A DNA stretch of 64,000 nucleotides from Ignavibacteriota bacterium (GTDB taxonomy: Bacteria; Bacteroidota; Ignavibacteria; UBA10030; UBA6906). This document shows, in pieces, positions 45,431 through 54,957 of the stretch. The position numbers were made by a program, and so were the translations under genes. The notes below the pieces were generated by a model, which was not told the DNA's origin, ran no database searches, and saw nothing but the letters and a program-made list of their open reading frames with translations. Position 1 is the stretch's first letter, and the number at the start of each line of letters is the position of its first letter. The stretch covers positions 256,001 to 320,000 of the forward strand of contig CAWDEM010000004.1 of NCBI GenBank assembly GCA_963801355.1. Direction: 5' to 3'.

Positions 45431-46234
45431 ATGAAATGCATCAGTGTATTCACTCTGCTGTTCTGGATCGGGACATCGGCAGGGAGGGCGCAGACGGATT
45501 CCCTCCTGCTCACATCGGTGGTTGTCCGGGACGCGAAGACGGCATTTGCGGGGGCAGTGTTCATCCTCACGGCACCCGGACGTTGGCATGGTGACGATTG
45601 GGCCCGGACGGGTGTGGCTGCAGGAATCACCGCCGGCTCAGCATTGCTGGATGCAGACATCCGCACACTGGCACAGCGAAACGCAGGTACGGCCGACGGC
45701 CTGTCGGACGTTGCGGTGACATACGGGAGCGGGTGGTTTGCCATCGGTGTGACCACCGGTCTGTACGGTACCGGCCTGATCGTTCATGATGCATGGCTCC
45801 GTGAAACTGCGCTTCTTGCCGGAACCGCTGTCGTCGTTTCCTCGCTTATCGCCAGGGTGATCAAACCCATTGTAGGGCGGGCACGGCCGTATGTCGGGGC
45901 GGGAAACGGGACATTTCACATGTTCACGCTGCAGGATGACTACAGTGCGTTTCCCTCCGGCCATACGATAGCAGCGTTCTCGCTCTCCGGGGTGCTGGCG
46001 GCACGGATTGATCATCCTCTTGCCACGATCGGTGTGTACGGCCTGGCGTGTCTGACGGCCCTCTCCAGAGTATACACCGATCAACACTGGTTTTCCGATG
46101 TAGTGTTTGGAGGAATTTTGGCTTCGGCGGTTGGGCGGTCGCTGGTGCTGTGGCAAGAAGGTCTCGATGCCGGCCGTTCATCGCTGCGGGTGATGCCCGG
46201 TCCCGACCGAATCTGCGTGACATACACTTTCTGA
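45431..46234 (+). CDS. PAP2 family phosphatase
   Basis: KPIVGRARP, FPSGH, SRVYTDQHWFSD; signal peptide. Confidence 0.92.
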   Translation: MKCISVFTLLFWIGTSAGRAQTDSLLLTSVVVRDAKTAFAGAVFILTAPGRWHGDDWARTGVAAGITAGSALLDADIRTLAQRNAGTADGLSDVAVTYGSGWFAIGVTTGLYGTGLIVHDAWLRETALLAGTAVVVSSLIARVIKPIVGRARPYVGAGNGTFHMFTLQDDYSAFPSGHTIAAFSLSGVLAARIDHPLATIGVYGLACLTALSRVYTDQHWFSDVVFGGILASAVGRSLVLWQEGLDAGRSSLRVMPGPDRICVTYTF

Positions 46235-46264
46235 TATCCAACGCAACGTGTGAAAGGAAACACG

Positions 46265-47659
46265 GTGACAGATCCCCTCTCTCCTCAGCCGGAGGAAACA
46301 GTGTTCCGACGGACTCTCCGCGAAGTCACCCAGCCATTCATCGATCTCTTCCACGCTTCCCGGGCGCTCTGGGGGGTGAATCTCTCCTACGTGCTGGAAG
46401 GGCTGACGTACTTCGGCGTGGTTGGTCTTCTGGCGATTTATTTCAACGATTTCATCGGCCTGAATGACATCAGTGCCGGCCACATGGTGGCGTTTCAGAC
46501 GGCCGGCATCACCCTCGGCATGTTGTTCTTCGGGGCCACCGTCGACCTCGTCGGGCCACGCAAAGCGCTGCTCGTGTCACTCGCTTTGATGCTCGTCGGC
46601 CGTGTGGTGCTTGCCATGGCGCCCGACCTTTCCGCCTCGCGTGGCCTCTGGTCGGGGGCACACCTGCTCGCGATGGGCGGGCTGCTCGGCATTATTGCAG
46701 GGTATGGCATCTATCAACCTGCATGCTACGCAGCAGTGAAGTTCTTTACCAATGAGAAGACCGCGGCGATGGGATATGCGATGCTCTACGCGCTGATGAA
46801 TTTGGGAGGTTTCCTGCCGGGCCTCATTTCTCCGCCGATCCGCAAAGCATTCGGCATCACGGGTGTCTTCTGGGTGTACGCGTTCCTGACGGTGGTGGGT
46901 ATTGCCGTCGTCGCATTGATTCTTACCAATAACGCGGTACGTAAGGCCACGCTGGCGGTGGGGAAAGAGGCCGAGTGGAGAGCGGAACAGAAGGTGCAGA
47001 AATCGTGGAAAGAGCAAATGCTGTTTTATGCGAAGAATTTTCCAATCAAGGATTACCGGTTTCTCTTCTTCGTGTTCATCCTCATCCCGGTCCAGACGCT
47101 GTTCGCGCACAACTGGCTGACATTACCACAGTACTGCAACCGCGCCTTCACCGGCGTGGTCAGCGAGAACTACGAGTTCTTTGTTAACTTCAGTCCGCTG
47201 CTGATTTTCGTGCTGACTCCTATGGTGGCGGCGTTAACGACAAAGAAGGATACCTACACCATGATGATCACCGGTACATTCATCATGGCCTTGCCGACAT
47301 TCTTCCTGGCACTCGGTCCCAATATTGTCACCCTGTTCGCATACCTCATCGTCATGACCGTGGGCGAGGCAATCTGGTCTCCCCGCTTCCTGCAATGGAT
47401 TGCCGAGGTGGCGCCCAAGGAAATGACCGGCATTTACATGGGCATCGGTCAGTTTCCGTGGTTTCTCACCAAGGTCATTACCGGCCTGTATTCGGGGTGG
47501 TTTCTCATGAACTATTGCCCGGCGGGCGTTCCGCCGGAAGAGATGCAGACGGGAACCATGTGGTTCATCTACGGGATCATCGCGATGATGACTCCGGTGG
47601 GGCTATTCCTGGCCCAGAAGTGGATGCGAAAGGGATTTACATCGCGGCATCACGGATGA
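46265..47659 (+). CDS. MFS transporter (POT/peptide transporter-like)
   Basis: About 12 TM segments, YALMNLG, TVGEAIWSP, AP...G.YMG. Confidence 0.88.
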   Translation: MTDPLSPQPEETVFRRTLREVTQPFIDLFHASRALWGVNLSYVLEGLTYFGVVGLLAIYFNDFIGLNDISAGHMVAFQTAGITLGMLFFGATVDLVGPRKALLVSLALMLVGRVVLAMAPDLSASRGLWSGAHLLAMGGLLGIIAGYGIYQPACYAAVKFFTNEKTAAMGYAMLYALMNLGGFLPGLISPPIRKAFGITGVFWVYAFLTVVGIAVVALILTNNAVRKATLAVGKEAEWRAEQKVQKSWKEQMLFYAKNFPIKDYRFLFFVFILIPVQTLFAHNWLTLPQYCNRAFTGVVSENYEFFVNFSPLLIFVLTPMVAALTTKKDTYTMMITGTFIMALPTFFLALGPNIVTLFAYLIVMTVGEAIWSPRFLQWIAEVAPKEMTGIYMGIGQFPWFLTKVITGLYSGWFLMNYCPAGVPPEEMQTGTMWFIYGIIAMMTPVGLFLAQKWMRKGFTSRHHG

Positions 47660-47730
47660 GGATTCCATACCGGACGGTCTTCCGGTCTCTGCGTGAAAGC
47701 AATCCGACCTGGAGTCGCACCCGTTGCAGG

Positions 47731-49173
47731 TTATCGCTGGAGGATCCGAGACAAGAGCTCGCGTTCCTGATCACCAAAGGTGTGGAGGAAGTAGAGCATG
47801 CTGGAATAGACGAGGCCGCCACACACGACCGTGACCACAAGTGGAAGGTCTTGCATAAGAATGAGGGCACCCGCCATGACGGCGGCGGCGACGAGAACCT
47901 TCGCATAGACCATGATACCCCGAATCGGATAGCCGATGTGCCGTACATAGATCATGGATGAGAGGAACAACACAAGGTCTGTTGTCATAGTAATCCACGC
48001 GACTGCGGTGTACCCGAAGACAGGGACCAGCATCATGTTTGATGAGAACACCAGCAGGGCCACACCAAGCGAATTCCACATGCAGAACGTCTGCCGGTTC
48101 ACGGCGATCAGAAACGAGTAGAGAATCCATGCAAGGTATCCGACGGCGATACCCGCGCTGATGATGCGCAACACAACAGCAGCAGATGCATACTCAGGAG
48201 GGAACAAAAACGCCATGATCTGAGGGGCGAGGATGAAGGATCCGGCGGCCAGAGGGAGGGAAATCTGAACCATGACCCGGAGCGAATCTTCCAGAGCCTT
48301 ATGCAACTTCTGGGGTGCAGTTGCGTGAAAACCGGAGAAGACCGGATAGATCACCTGCGTGAAAGCTGTTGGGATGAATGTCAGGATTGTGATCAATCTG
48401 TAACCCGCGCTGAAGAGTCCCATCTCCTCTTGAGGCCGCGTGTATTTCAAAATCGTCGGTCCGATGAACGTATAGATCGAAATTCCCAACGAGCTCACGG
48501 CAAGTGTTGCGCCATCTTTGAGCAGGAGCGCCCACATCCTCCTGTCATAGCCAAATTTCGGCATACCGACGACACGGACATAGGTGAGCGTCAGTGCCGC
48601 AAGATTGAGGCAAGCGGCCGTCGCAGTCAGCAACAGCACAACAGTGATCCCCGGAAACGCTGGAACAAGGAGGATGACGGTGGTGGAGAGCAGCAGGTCG
48701 GTGGCAATGCTGGTCACCGCAACAAGGATCATCTTCCGGTGTGCCTGCAGAGCACTGAGAAACGTTGCGGAGATACTGGTGATCGCGGCCCCGGCGGTGG
48801 TGAGCAGGATGGCCCAATTGGTGTCCGCGTCGAATCGCGAAGCGAGTGCCACACAGCCCAGGAGCACGCTGGAGATGAAGGCAACAACGATCTTCAAAAT
48901 TACCGCCTTGCCGAGGAGATCGCGGCTCTTCTCCGGAGTTCGGGCGATCTCTCTTGTAAGGAGCTGTGGGAAGCCGAGGTCAAAAAGGGATTGAAAGAGA
49001 GCCGCAAAATAGGCGGCAAAATTCAGAATACCGAAGTTCGTCAATCCAAGATACGTCGCGAGGATGTTCAACCGGATCACACCCAGAAGGAGTCCGACCA
49101 CCCGACCCACGAGAATGGCCGCCGTATCCAGGGTGATCTTCTTCGTCTGGGTCCCCATCAGCGTTCGATCCAT
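47731..49173 (-). CDS. Wzx-type oligosaccharide flippase
   Basis: Multi-TM, YLG..NFG, DLGF..LLTREIAR, MGLFSAGYRL; start uncertain (49173/49158). Confidence 0.9.
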   Translation of the reverse strand: MDRTLMGTQTKKITLDTAAILVGRVVGLLLGVIRLNILATYLGLTNFGILNFAAYFAALFQSLFDLGFPQLLTREIARTPEKSRDLLGKAVILKIVVAFISSVLLGCVALASRFDADTNWAILLTTAGAAITSISATFLSALQAHRKMILVAVTSIATDLLLSTTVILLVPAFPGITVVLLLTATAACLNLAALTLTYVRVVGMPKFGYDRRMWALLLKDGATLAVSSLGISIYTFIGPTILKYTRPQEEMGLFSAGYRLITILTFIPTAFTQVIYPVFSGFHATAPQKLHKALEDSLRVMVQISLPLAAGSFILAPQIMAFLFPPEYASAAVVLRIISAGIAVGYLAWILYSFLIAVNRQTFCMWNSLGVALLVFSSNMMLVPVFGYTAVAWITMTTDLVLFLSSMIYVRHIGYPIRGIMVYAKVLVAAAVMAGALILMQDLPLVVTVVCGGLVYSSMLYFLHTFGDQERELLSRILQR

Positions 49174-49388
49174 GTGCAAGTAAGGACAAGGATGTCATGC
49201 CGCCGGCCCAGATACACAGCGGCCGTGATCGGTACGAACCGACACGGAGGCATGTTGAAAAGAGTAGTTGTGACAAGCAGATCGGGGACCATGCTACAGA
49301 GAAGATACGAGGAAATCAGCTGTCAGACAAGACGCGCTACCGGGCTGTCTCGGAGAGCAGGCGATTGCCGGACGGCGTGTGCGGAGAT

Positions 49389-50351
49389 CTACAGTGCCGC
49401 AACGAACTCCTGTGCAAACCTGACCATCGACGGATCCGCATCATATGGAAGCACGCCGCTTCCAAGAACGGTCGCAGGCCGCCCCCCGGCAAGTCTTGCC
49501 AGGTACTCCAGCTCCGCCCGGAGAGCCACCCGATCGCTCGAGGCAAACAATCTCGCAGGAGTGTTCATTCGCACCGTGACCGACGGGTACTTCTTCATGA
49601 CCTCCATGAATGCCTCACGATCTGTTTCGGCGGGACAGATAACATACTCTGTTCCTGTCGTCAGAAGATCTTCCAGAATGCCTGCGGTGTTGCCGCCGAG
49701 GATCAGGGGTGGCGATTCGTGCATGAGATTCCGGGCGCCGGCGATCATTTCGCGAAGAGCAGGAAGAACCACATCCTTGAATGAATCTCCGGAAATGATG
49801 GGTGGAGAACCTGAAGACTCGAAGAACATAACGCGGAACCCTCTGGAGGCGAACGTACGACACAGCTCAATTTGCCCCGCCGCAAGATAGTGCAACGCCG
49901 CGGCAACGGCATCAGGGTTGATCAGCACCTCGGTCAGAATTCCCTGAAACCCTACCAGTGCACAGGCGATTGAAAAAGGACCGCTGAGAGGAATGCGTAC
50001 TTCAGCCCCCGGACATTCTTCTTTCAACCGTGCCGCCGCTTCCATGACCATCGGGAATCGGCCACTGCGTGTTGCGTCGGGCCACACAAGCCCGCAGAGA
50101 TCTACCGCGCCCTGACACAACGGTTTCATCACCGATGGCACTTCATTTTCCCGGGAAGCCCCCACCTCTGCCCCGTACGCTTCGGCCTCAACATTGTACA
50201 CATCGATGCCAACAACAACCGGTGTATGCCGGTACACAGCATAGGCAGCCGTATGAGCCTCAACGAGAAGGTCGGCACTCCTGGAGACATCCCAGGGTCT
50301 CCTGCCGATAAACTGTGCGGCATGTTCGTAGACAACGGGGGTGAATTCCAT
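49389..50351 (-). CDS. URO-D/MtaA-CmuA fold protein, divergent
   Basis: D.YNVEAEAYGAEV, GRFPMV.EA, GPFSIA..LVG; GGAG RBS. Confidence 0.8.
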   Translation of the reverse strand: MEFTPVVYEHAAQFIGRRPWDVSRSADLLVEAHTAAYAVYRHTPVVVGIDVYNVEAEAYGAEVGASRENEVPSVMKPLCQGAVDLCGLVWPDATRSGRFPMVMEAAARLKEECPGAEVRIPLSGPFSIACALVGFQGILTEVLINPDAVAAALHYLAAGQIELCRTFASRGFRVMFFESSGSPPIISGDSFKDVVLPALREMIAGARNLMHESPPLILGGNTAGILEDLLTTGTEYVICPAETDREAFMEVMKKYPSVTVRMNTPARLFASSDRVALRAELEYLARLAGGRPATVLGSGVLPYDADPSMVRFAQEFVAAL

Positions 50352-50381
50352 TACTTCTCCGAAAGAGAAAGAATAGAGTGA

Positions 50382-51341
50382 TTATGCTGACTTTCCCCGC
50401 CTTACTTCTGCAGCACTCATTGCCAGCAGCAGCGGCAGCCGTCCTGAACCATCTTCACCGGTAAATCCTCTTAGTCCATCGATAATCGCATACCACGCTG
50501 CGCGCAGCGCAACGGGGCCATGCCCCCGCACGAGAAGGCGGACCAGCTGGCGCACGTAGAAATAGAGAAGGGACGGAAGATGCGGCACCCAGAGAGCCGG
50601 CCGGCTGTTCCTCCGCAGAAAAATCAGCTTGTTCCTGAGGTTGAGATAGATATATGCCGGGCTGTCCCATTCACTTGTCATCGAGATTTTGTGCAGCACA
50701 CGCGCACGCGGTTCGTACAGGACGGCATACCCGGCGTTGCGAGTCCGGAGACAGAATTCTGCATCCTCCATGTACGCGAAGTACGGGGTGGGAAGCATTC
50801 CGACAGCCTCGAATACTTCGCGGCGGGTAAGAAGACAACAGCCAGTAACATACTCGCACGGCTTCGGTGAATTGAACGGTGGTCCATCAGGCTTGCCCAT
50901 GCCGTCATGACTACTGCGTGCCGCGTGTACGTTCAGGGATCCTCCGGCAAACCAGAGAATTGCCGGCCTGTCGTGGTACACGATCTTTGCTCCGACAATG
51001 CCTGCGCGTGGTTCGGCGCGGATCGTCGCCATGAGTGCTTCAATCGTTCCGGGATCTACAGTCGTGTCGTTGTTCAAGAGCAGGACGAAACGGCTGCCGT
51101 CCTCCAGTGCACGGCGGATGCCGAGATTGTTTCCACCAGCGAAGCCCAGATTCCGTGAAGAACGAATGAGGAGAGTTTCCGGACATTCGGAACGAAGCCG
51201 GTCCGCCGAGCCATCGTCCGACGCGTTGTCCACGATGATGATCTGCATATCACGAAACGTGCTACCCCTAAGGGAACAGACACAGTCGACCGTGTCGTCG
51301 GGGCGACGGAAGTTCACGAGGATAACGGAGAGTGCCGGCAT
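50382..51341 (-). CDS. Glycosyltransferase family 2 (WbbL/RgpE-like)
   Basis: VDNASDD, NLGFAGGNN, LLNNDT, YFAYMED. Confidence 0.93.
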   Translation of the reverse strand: MPALSVILVNFRRPDDTVDCVCSLRGSTFRDMQIIIVDNASDDGSADRLRSECPETLLIRSSRNLGFAGGNNLGIRRALEDGSRFVLLLNNDTTVDPGTIEALMATIRAEPRAGIVGAKIVYHDRPAILWFAGGSLNVHAARSSHDGMGKPDGPPFNSPKPCEYVTGCCLLTRREVFEAVGMLPTPYFAYMEDAEFCLRTRNAGYAVLYEPRARVLHKISMTSEWDSPAYIYLNLRNKLIFLRRNSRPALWVPHLPSLLYFYVRQLVRLLVRGHGPVALRAAWYAIIDGLRGFTGEDGSGRLPLLLAMSAAEVRRGKSA

Positions 51342-51349
51342 TTGGGGGA

Positions 51350-51976
51350 TCAGGCGTGTGCGACGAAGAGATACTGCATTGCAAGGAAATCCGTTAGCTT
51401 GCTTCCCAGCAACGCATTCGTTACCCGCATTTTTCTGCTTGCCACAACGCGTGGTTCACAGTGCTCGATGGAGAAGCCGCTCTCTTGGAGAAGGCGTTCC
51501 ATGCTTCGTCGCGAAAAAAAACGGAGATGCGTCCGATCAAACAACCCGTAGTCGGCGTACTCCCATCCTTTCCGGAGGAGTTGGAGAATCGCCGTATAAT
51601 GCCGCATGTTCGGAATGCTGCACACGAGGAGACCCTTTGATCGGAGAAGGGGGCGGACGGCGCAAAGGATTGCAGACGGGTCGACGGTGTGTTCGAGTAC
51701 ATCGGCGAGAACGATACAATCGAACGAGGCGGACGGAAATGGCAGGGACATCTGCTGGATGTCTCCGACCACCACCGCATCCAGCACGGCTCCCGCTTCT
51801 GCTGCCACAACCGCGTTCATCTCCACGCCCGTTACATTGCGGTCCGGATGTTCCGCCTTCAAAAGCGAACCGAGTTTTCCAGTCCCGCATCCAATATCGA
51901 GGATCTGTTTCGCATGTGCCGGAACCAAACGCGCAACATCACGCCGCTCGTTTTCGTAGTATCCCGGATCAATCAT
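51350..51976 (-). CDS. Class I SAM-dependent methyltransferase
   Basis: ILDIGCGTG, DVLEH, SIPN, GLFDRTHLRFF. Confidence 0.92.
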   Translation of the reverse strand: MIDPGYYENERRDVARLVPAHAKQILDIGCGTGKLGSLLKAEHPDRNVTGVEMNAVVAAEAGAVLDAVVVGDIQQMSLPFPSASFDCIVLADVLEHTVDPSAILCAVRPLLRSKGLLVCSIPNMRHYTAILQLLRKGWEYADYGLFDRTHLRFFSRRSMERLLQESGFSIEHCEPRVVASRKMRVTNALLGSKLTDFLAMQYLFVAHA

Positions 51977-53145
51977 GAGTGGTGTCCCGGATTTCCTGCA
52001 AGCAGTTGTTCGTAGTGTTTCTGGAATTGTTGTGCAACGTGGCGGGTGTCGAATAGCGTCATTGCACGGGAGCGCGCCGAGAGGCCCAACTCCAAGCGCC
52101 GGTCGGGAGAGGAAAGAAGAGAGTCCAGCGCTGCGGCCAACGCAAGGTAATCGGCCGGCGGCACCAGGACGCCGGCATCTCCCACAACTTCAGGGATGGA
52201 TCCGGAAAGCGTTGTCACAACGGGTTTACCGCATGCCATACTTTCGACCAGCGCATAGCCAAATTGCTCCTGCCAGCGCTGCATGGGTCGACTCGGGAGT
52301 GCAAAGACATCCGCCAGTGCGTGAATTGAGGGCATTGCTGAGTACGGGTGTGGTCCGATCAAACGTACATGTTGTTGAAGGTTGAGTTGACCGATGAGGC
52401 GGTGCAATCCCGCCGCTTCCGGTCCGCGGCCGGCCATAAGGAGCTTTATCGGGAAGTGCGATCCATGTCGTTGGAGAAGCGTACGTAACGCGTACAGGAG
52501 ATCATACACCCCTTTCTGAACGTACAGATGAGCGACGAAGAGCACGAGAAGATCATCCGGCGTGCATCCGAATCGAGCCAGCAACTGTGGGTCCTTCGGG
52601 TGTGGAGAAAAATGGTCGAGGTCGATGCCCGGCATTTGCACGACGATCCGATCGGTGGGGGCACCTTCCAAGACCAGAACATCCCGGGTTCGCTGGCTGA
52701 CCGCGAAGAAAATATCCGCCTCCCGGAAGACGGTTTCCTTGATACGTTGCGTTGCAAGTGTGTTGTAGTTGAAGGGGATGTTTTCCCAGACAGTCACCGC
52801 GAGTTTGAATCCGAGGCGGCGCTTCAACAAGGCCGCCTGATATGAGCAATAGTACATTGTCTCCGCGGTATGAACGATGTCGAATCCCTGCAATGCCCTT
52901 TCGAGTCCCCGGAGATCGTGGTAATCTCCCCACCAGCGATCCAGCAGTGCGCGCGCTGCACGGGTGCGGACGCTCTGTCCGACGGAAAACAACTTGCGAA
53001 CCGGGAATTGGATTTCGGTTGTATCGAAGTTGTTCGCGCGGCTGCCGAATCCCACGAGGTCGTACCGGCTCGCAAGGGGGGCGAAATTCTGCATCTCCCA
53101 GGGGTTCAGATTCGATCCTCGGACGAAGGCAATACGTGGTCGCAT
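51973..53145 (-). CDS. Glycosyltransferase family 4
   Basis: QKGV, EQFGYALVE (EX7E), GSIPEVVG. Confidence 0.93.
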   Translation of the reverse strand: MRPRIAFVRGSNLNPWEMQNFAPLASRYDLVGFGSRANNFDTTEIQFPVRKLFSVGQSVRTRAARALLDRWWGDYHDLRGLERALQGFDIVHTAETMYYCSYQAALLKRRLGFKLAVTVWENIPFNYNTLATQRIKETVFREADIFFAVSQRTRDVLVLEGAPTDRIVVQMPGIDLDHFSPHPKDPQLLARFGCTPDDLLVLFVAHLYVQKGVYDLLYALRTLLQRHGSHFPIKLLMAGRGPEAAGLHRLIGQLNLQQHVRLIGPHPYSAMPSIHALADVFALPSRPMQRWQEQFGYALVESMACGKPVVTTLSGSIPEVVGDAGVLVPPADYLALAAALDSLLSSPDRRLELGLSARSRAMTLFDTRHVAQQFQKHYEQLLAGNPGHHS

Positions 53146-53438
53146 TAGGGGGCGTAGAACATGTTCATCTTTAGATCACTTCTGCAGTGGGACTCCCACG
53201 CATGAAATCTGCGCAATCGTCTGCTCACCTGCAACACCGGGTGCAGAACACTCCTGAGGATCCGCGGGGTTCGCACGTGTGAGAGGCACAGCGTCAGCGA
53301 TGACAGCAGCACGCGTTACCATTGAATAAGGGTGCGGATCATTTCGCGTTCCTGGTCGCCCAGACTCCGGGTCACCAGCTGTGAAATTGGCACTTCACCG
53401 CATACACAGCAATCGGATCTCTTTCAGTATTACGCTGC

Positions 53439-54161
53439 CTATTTCTTCGCTGCATAGATTGTGTATTGAGCCGGGTTAGTGTTTACTTCCCGTATTTCTA
53501 TGTGGTTAAACCACCGGCTGATGATCTTCCATACGTCACCCAAACCGTGGATTTCGATGATGAGTTTTGATACATGAGACAGATCCAGGGATTCCAGGAC
53601 TTCCAGTTCTGCACCCTCAATGTCCATCTTGAGTAAGTCAACCTTGCTCATATCTATGTTTCGGGCCGCGACGGCATCAACGGAGATTCCATGCGCAGCG
53701 AGAGTTGCCGCAGGATCACCGGGTTCACTCCTACTAAGGTAGAGCTGTCCTCCTTCACGAGCAACCGCTGCAGCCACTATCACATTGACATGACCAGTAG
53801 CACGCATTGCCTCCACGCATTCCAGTTGTGGCTCATAACATGTAATCTGCGCGTTTGGTGCGTGCAACCTTGCATACAGGGCAAAGAGTCCACAGTTTGC
53901 TCCCATGTCCATGACGTTCTCAATCCCATCCCATGAAGGCAGAGAGTAGATCTCATGGAGGAAAACTTCACGGTAAACCATGCGGAGAGTCTCGTACTCT
54001 GGATAGTGGAAGCTGTATCCATGCAGCAATACAACACCACTTTTGTGGTGGCGCAGACCTCTGAGCCGCATTCGTGTCCTATCGGCTACATGCTTCGACG
54101 GTGGGACAACGAAGATTCGATGATAGAGTTTTCTGATAGGATTATCCTTCAACATCTTCAT
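53439..54161 (-). CDS. FkbM family methyltransferase
   Basis: DMGANCG, YEP, LLKMDIEGAE, IEIH; visibly lower GC than core genes. Confidence 0.88.
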   Translation of the reverse strand: MKMLKDNPIRKLYHRIFVVPPSKHVADRTRMRLRGLRHHKSGVVLLHGYSFHYPEYETLRMVYREVFLHEIYSLPSWDGIENVMDMGANCGLFALYARLHAPNAQITCYEPQLECVEAMRATGHVNVIVAAAVAREGGQLYLSRSEPGDPAATLAAHGISVDAVAARNIDMSKVDLLKMDIEGAELEVLESLDLSHVSKLIIEIHGLGDVWKIISRWFNHIEIREVNTNPAQYTIYAAKK

Positions 54162-54242
54162 CCGAACCCCTTTCTGTACTACTCCATGAATCCGTCGAGC
54201 GCAGGCTCTTCACGTTTTTCCTCCCATCCGTACGTCGACCTG

Positions 54243-54404
54243 TCATGCAGGACACGATCCACGGAACCCGGTCAACTTCTTGAGTGCTCCGGTTCTGGTG
54301 CCAACACTTGTACGCTTCCATCGGTGTTTGCCATCGGTGTGGCACGTGACATAGTCAATGCCGGAACGTTTGAACAGAGAGAGACGGCCGGGAATTGCTG
54401 ACAT
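54243..54404 (-). pseudogene. Truncated N-terminal fragment of a tyrosine integrase-like protein
   Basis: GGAGG RBS; 53 aa (LFKRSGIDYV...DGKHRWKRTSVGTRT..ALKKL..F) resembling integrase arm-binding N-termini from memory; starts 63 nt after the tRNA 3' end. Confidence 0.5.
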
Positions 54405-54467
54405 TGATGGCCTCCGCTGCGAGCAGCTGGAGGAGCGAGAGGAGAGAAAAAGAACCATGAAATCTCG

Positions 54468-54541
54468 TCGGAGCGCGGGGATTTGAACCCCGGACCCCCT
54501 GAACCCCATTCAGGTGCGCTACCGGGCTGCGCTACGCTCCG
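54468..54541 (-). tRNA. tRNA-Pro(GGG), CCA not encoded
   Basis: CGGAGCG acceptor stem, D-arm GCGC-AGCCCGGTA-GCGC, anticodon arm CCTGA-ATGGGGT-TCAGG, T-arm CGGGG-TTCAAAT-CCCCG. Confidence 0.97.
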
Positions 54542-54571
54542 TTATGCAATTTAGCCACTTGACACTTGATT

Positions 54572-54627
54572 TCTGTTGACACATCTGGGGCTTTCTGTAC
54601 ACACTTGTCAACAGATTTGTCTACAGA
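54572..54627. repeat. Four copies of TCTGT(T/A)(G/C)ACA, two direct and two inverted
   Basis: + strand copies at 54572-54581 and 54594-54603; - strand copies at 54606-54615 and 54618-54627. Confidence 0.8.
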
Positions 54628-54662
54628 CAGAATTGTTGTGTTGAACCGTTAATTACATCTTC

Positions 54663-54691
54663 AAGATAAGAACACCTGATGTAAGTGTCAA
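54663..54691 (-). promoter_or_regulatory. Sigma70 promoter for tRNA-Pro
   Basis: TTGACA-N17-TATCTT. Confidence 0.7.
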
Positions 54692-54719
54692 CTTTCATCC
54701 CTTCAAACTTGTTAGACTG

Positions 54720-54836
54720 TCAGGTCCTCCAAGGCCTGCTTATAAGATTGCGTGTTGAGCATGCCAAACCTTTCATTGCCTCTTCTGCCACTTCCAAAAC
54801 ATAGGCAAGTGTGCGTTTTTCTTCTTCATCAGCCAC
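54720..54836 (-). CDS. Small 38-aa ORF or gene remnant
   Basis: GGAGG RBS then GTG; charged helical sequence. Confidence 0.3.
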   Translation of the reverse strand: MADEEEKRTLAYVLEVAEEAMKGLACSTRNLISRPWRT

Positions 54837-54926
54837 TGCAACCTCCCAATGGGTTGTTATGGTTTGGACCGCAAACACTATTTTAGACAGTTGAACCAGA
54901 TAGCTAGAAAGAGCGTCCCAACAAAC

Positions 54927-54950
54927 AAACCCCAACAGGAATTGGGTTTT
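54927..54950. terminator. Possible intrinsic terminator
   Basis: AAACCCCAA-CAGGAA-TTGGGTTTT imperfect hairpin just after the stop at 54958. Confidence 0.4.
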
Positions 54951-54957
54951 CTACCAC

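Noticed and set aside
49334-49347. 14-bp exact copy (GCGCTACCGGGCTG) of the tRNA-Pro D-arm (54516-54529) as a possible att site
   Set aside because: It matches the D-arm rather than the anticodon or 3' end, flanks do not continue the tRNA, and it would split the glycan locus; a GC-rich 14-mer can arise by chance
48301-49890. 529-aa + strand ORF
   Set aside because: Antisense shadow of the flippase and URO-D-fold genes; no motifs
53157-53166. GAACATGTTC palindrome before the GT4 gene as an SOS box
   Set aside because: Spacer is 2 nt, not the 4 nt of GAAC-N4-GTTC, and the gene is unrelated to repair
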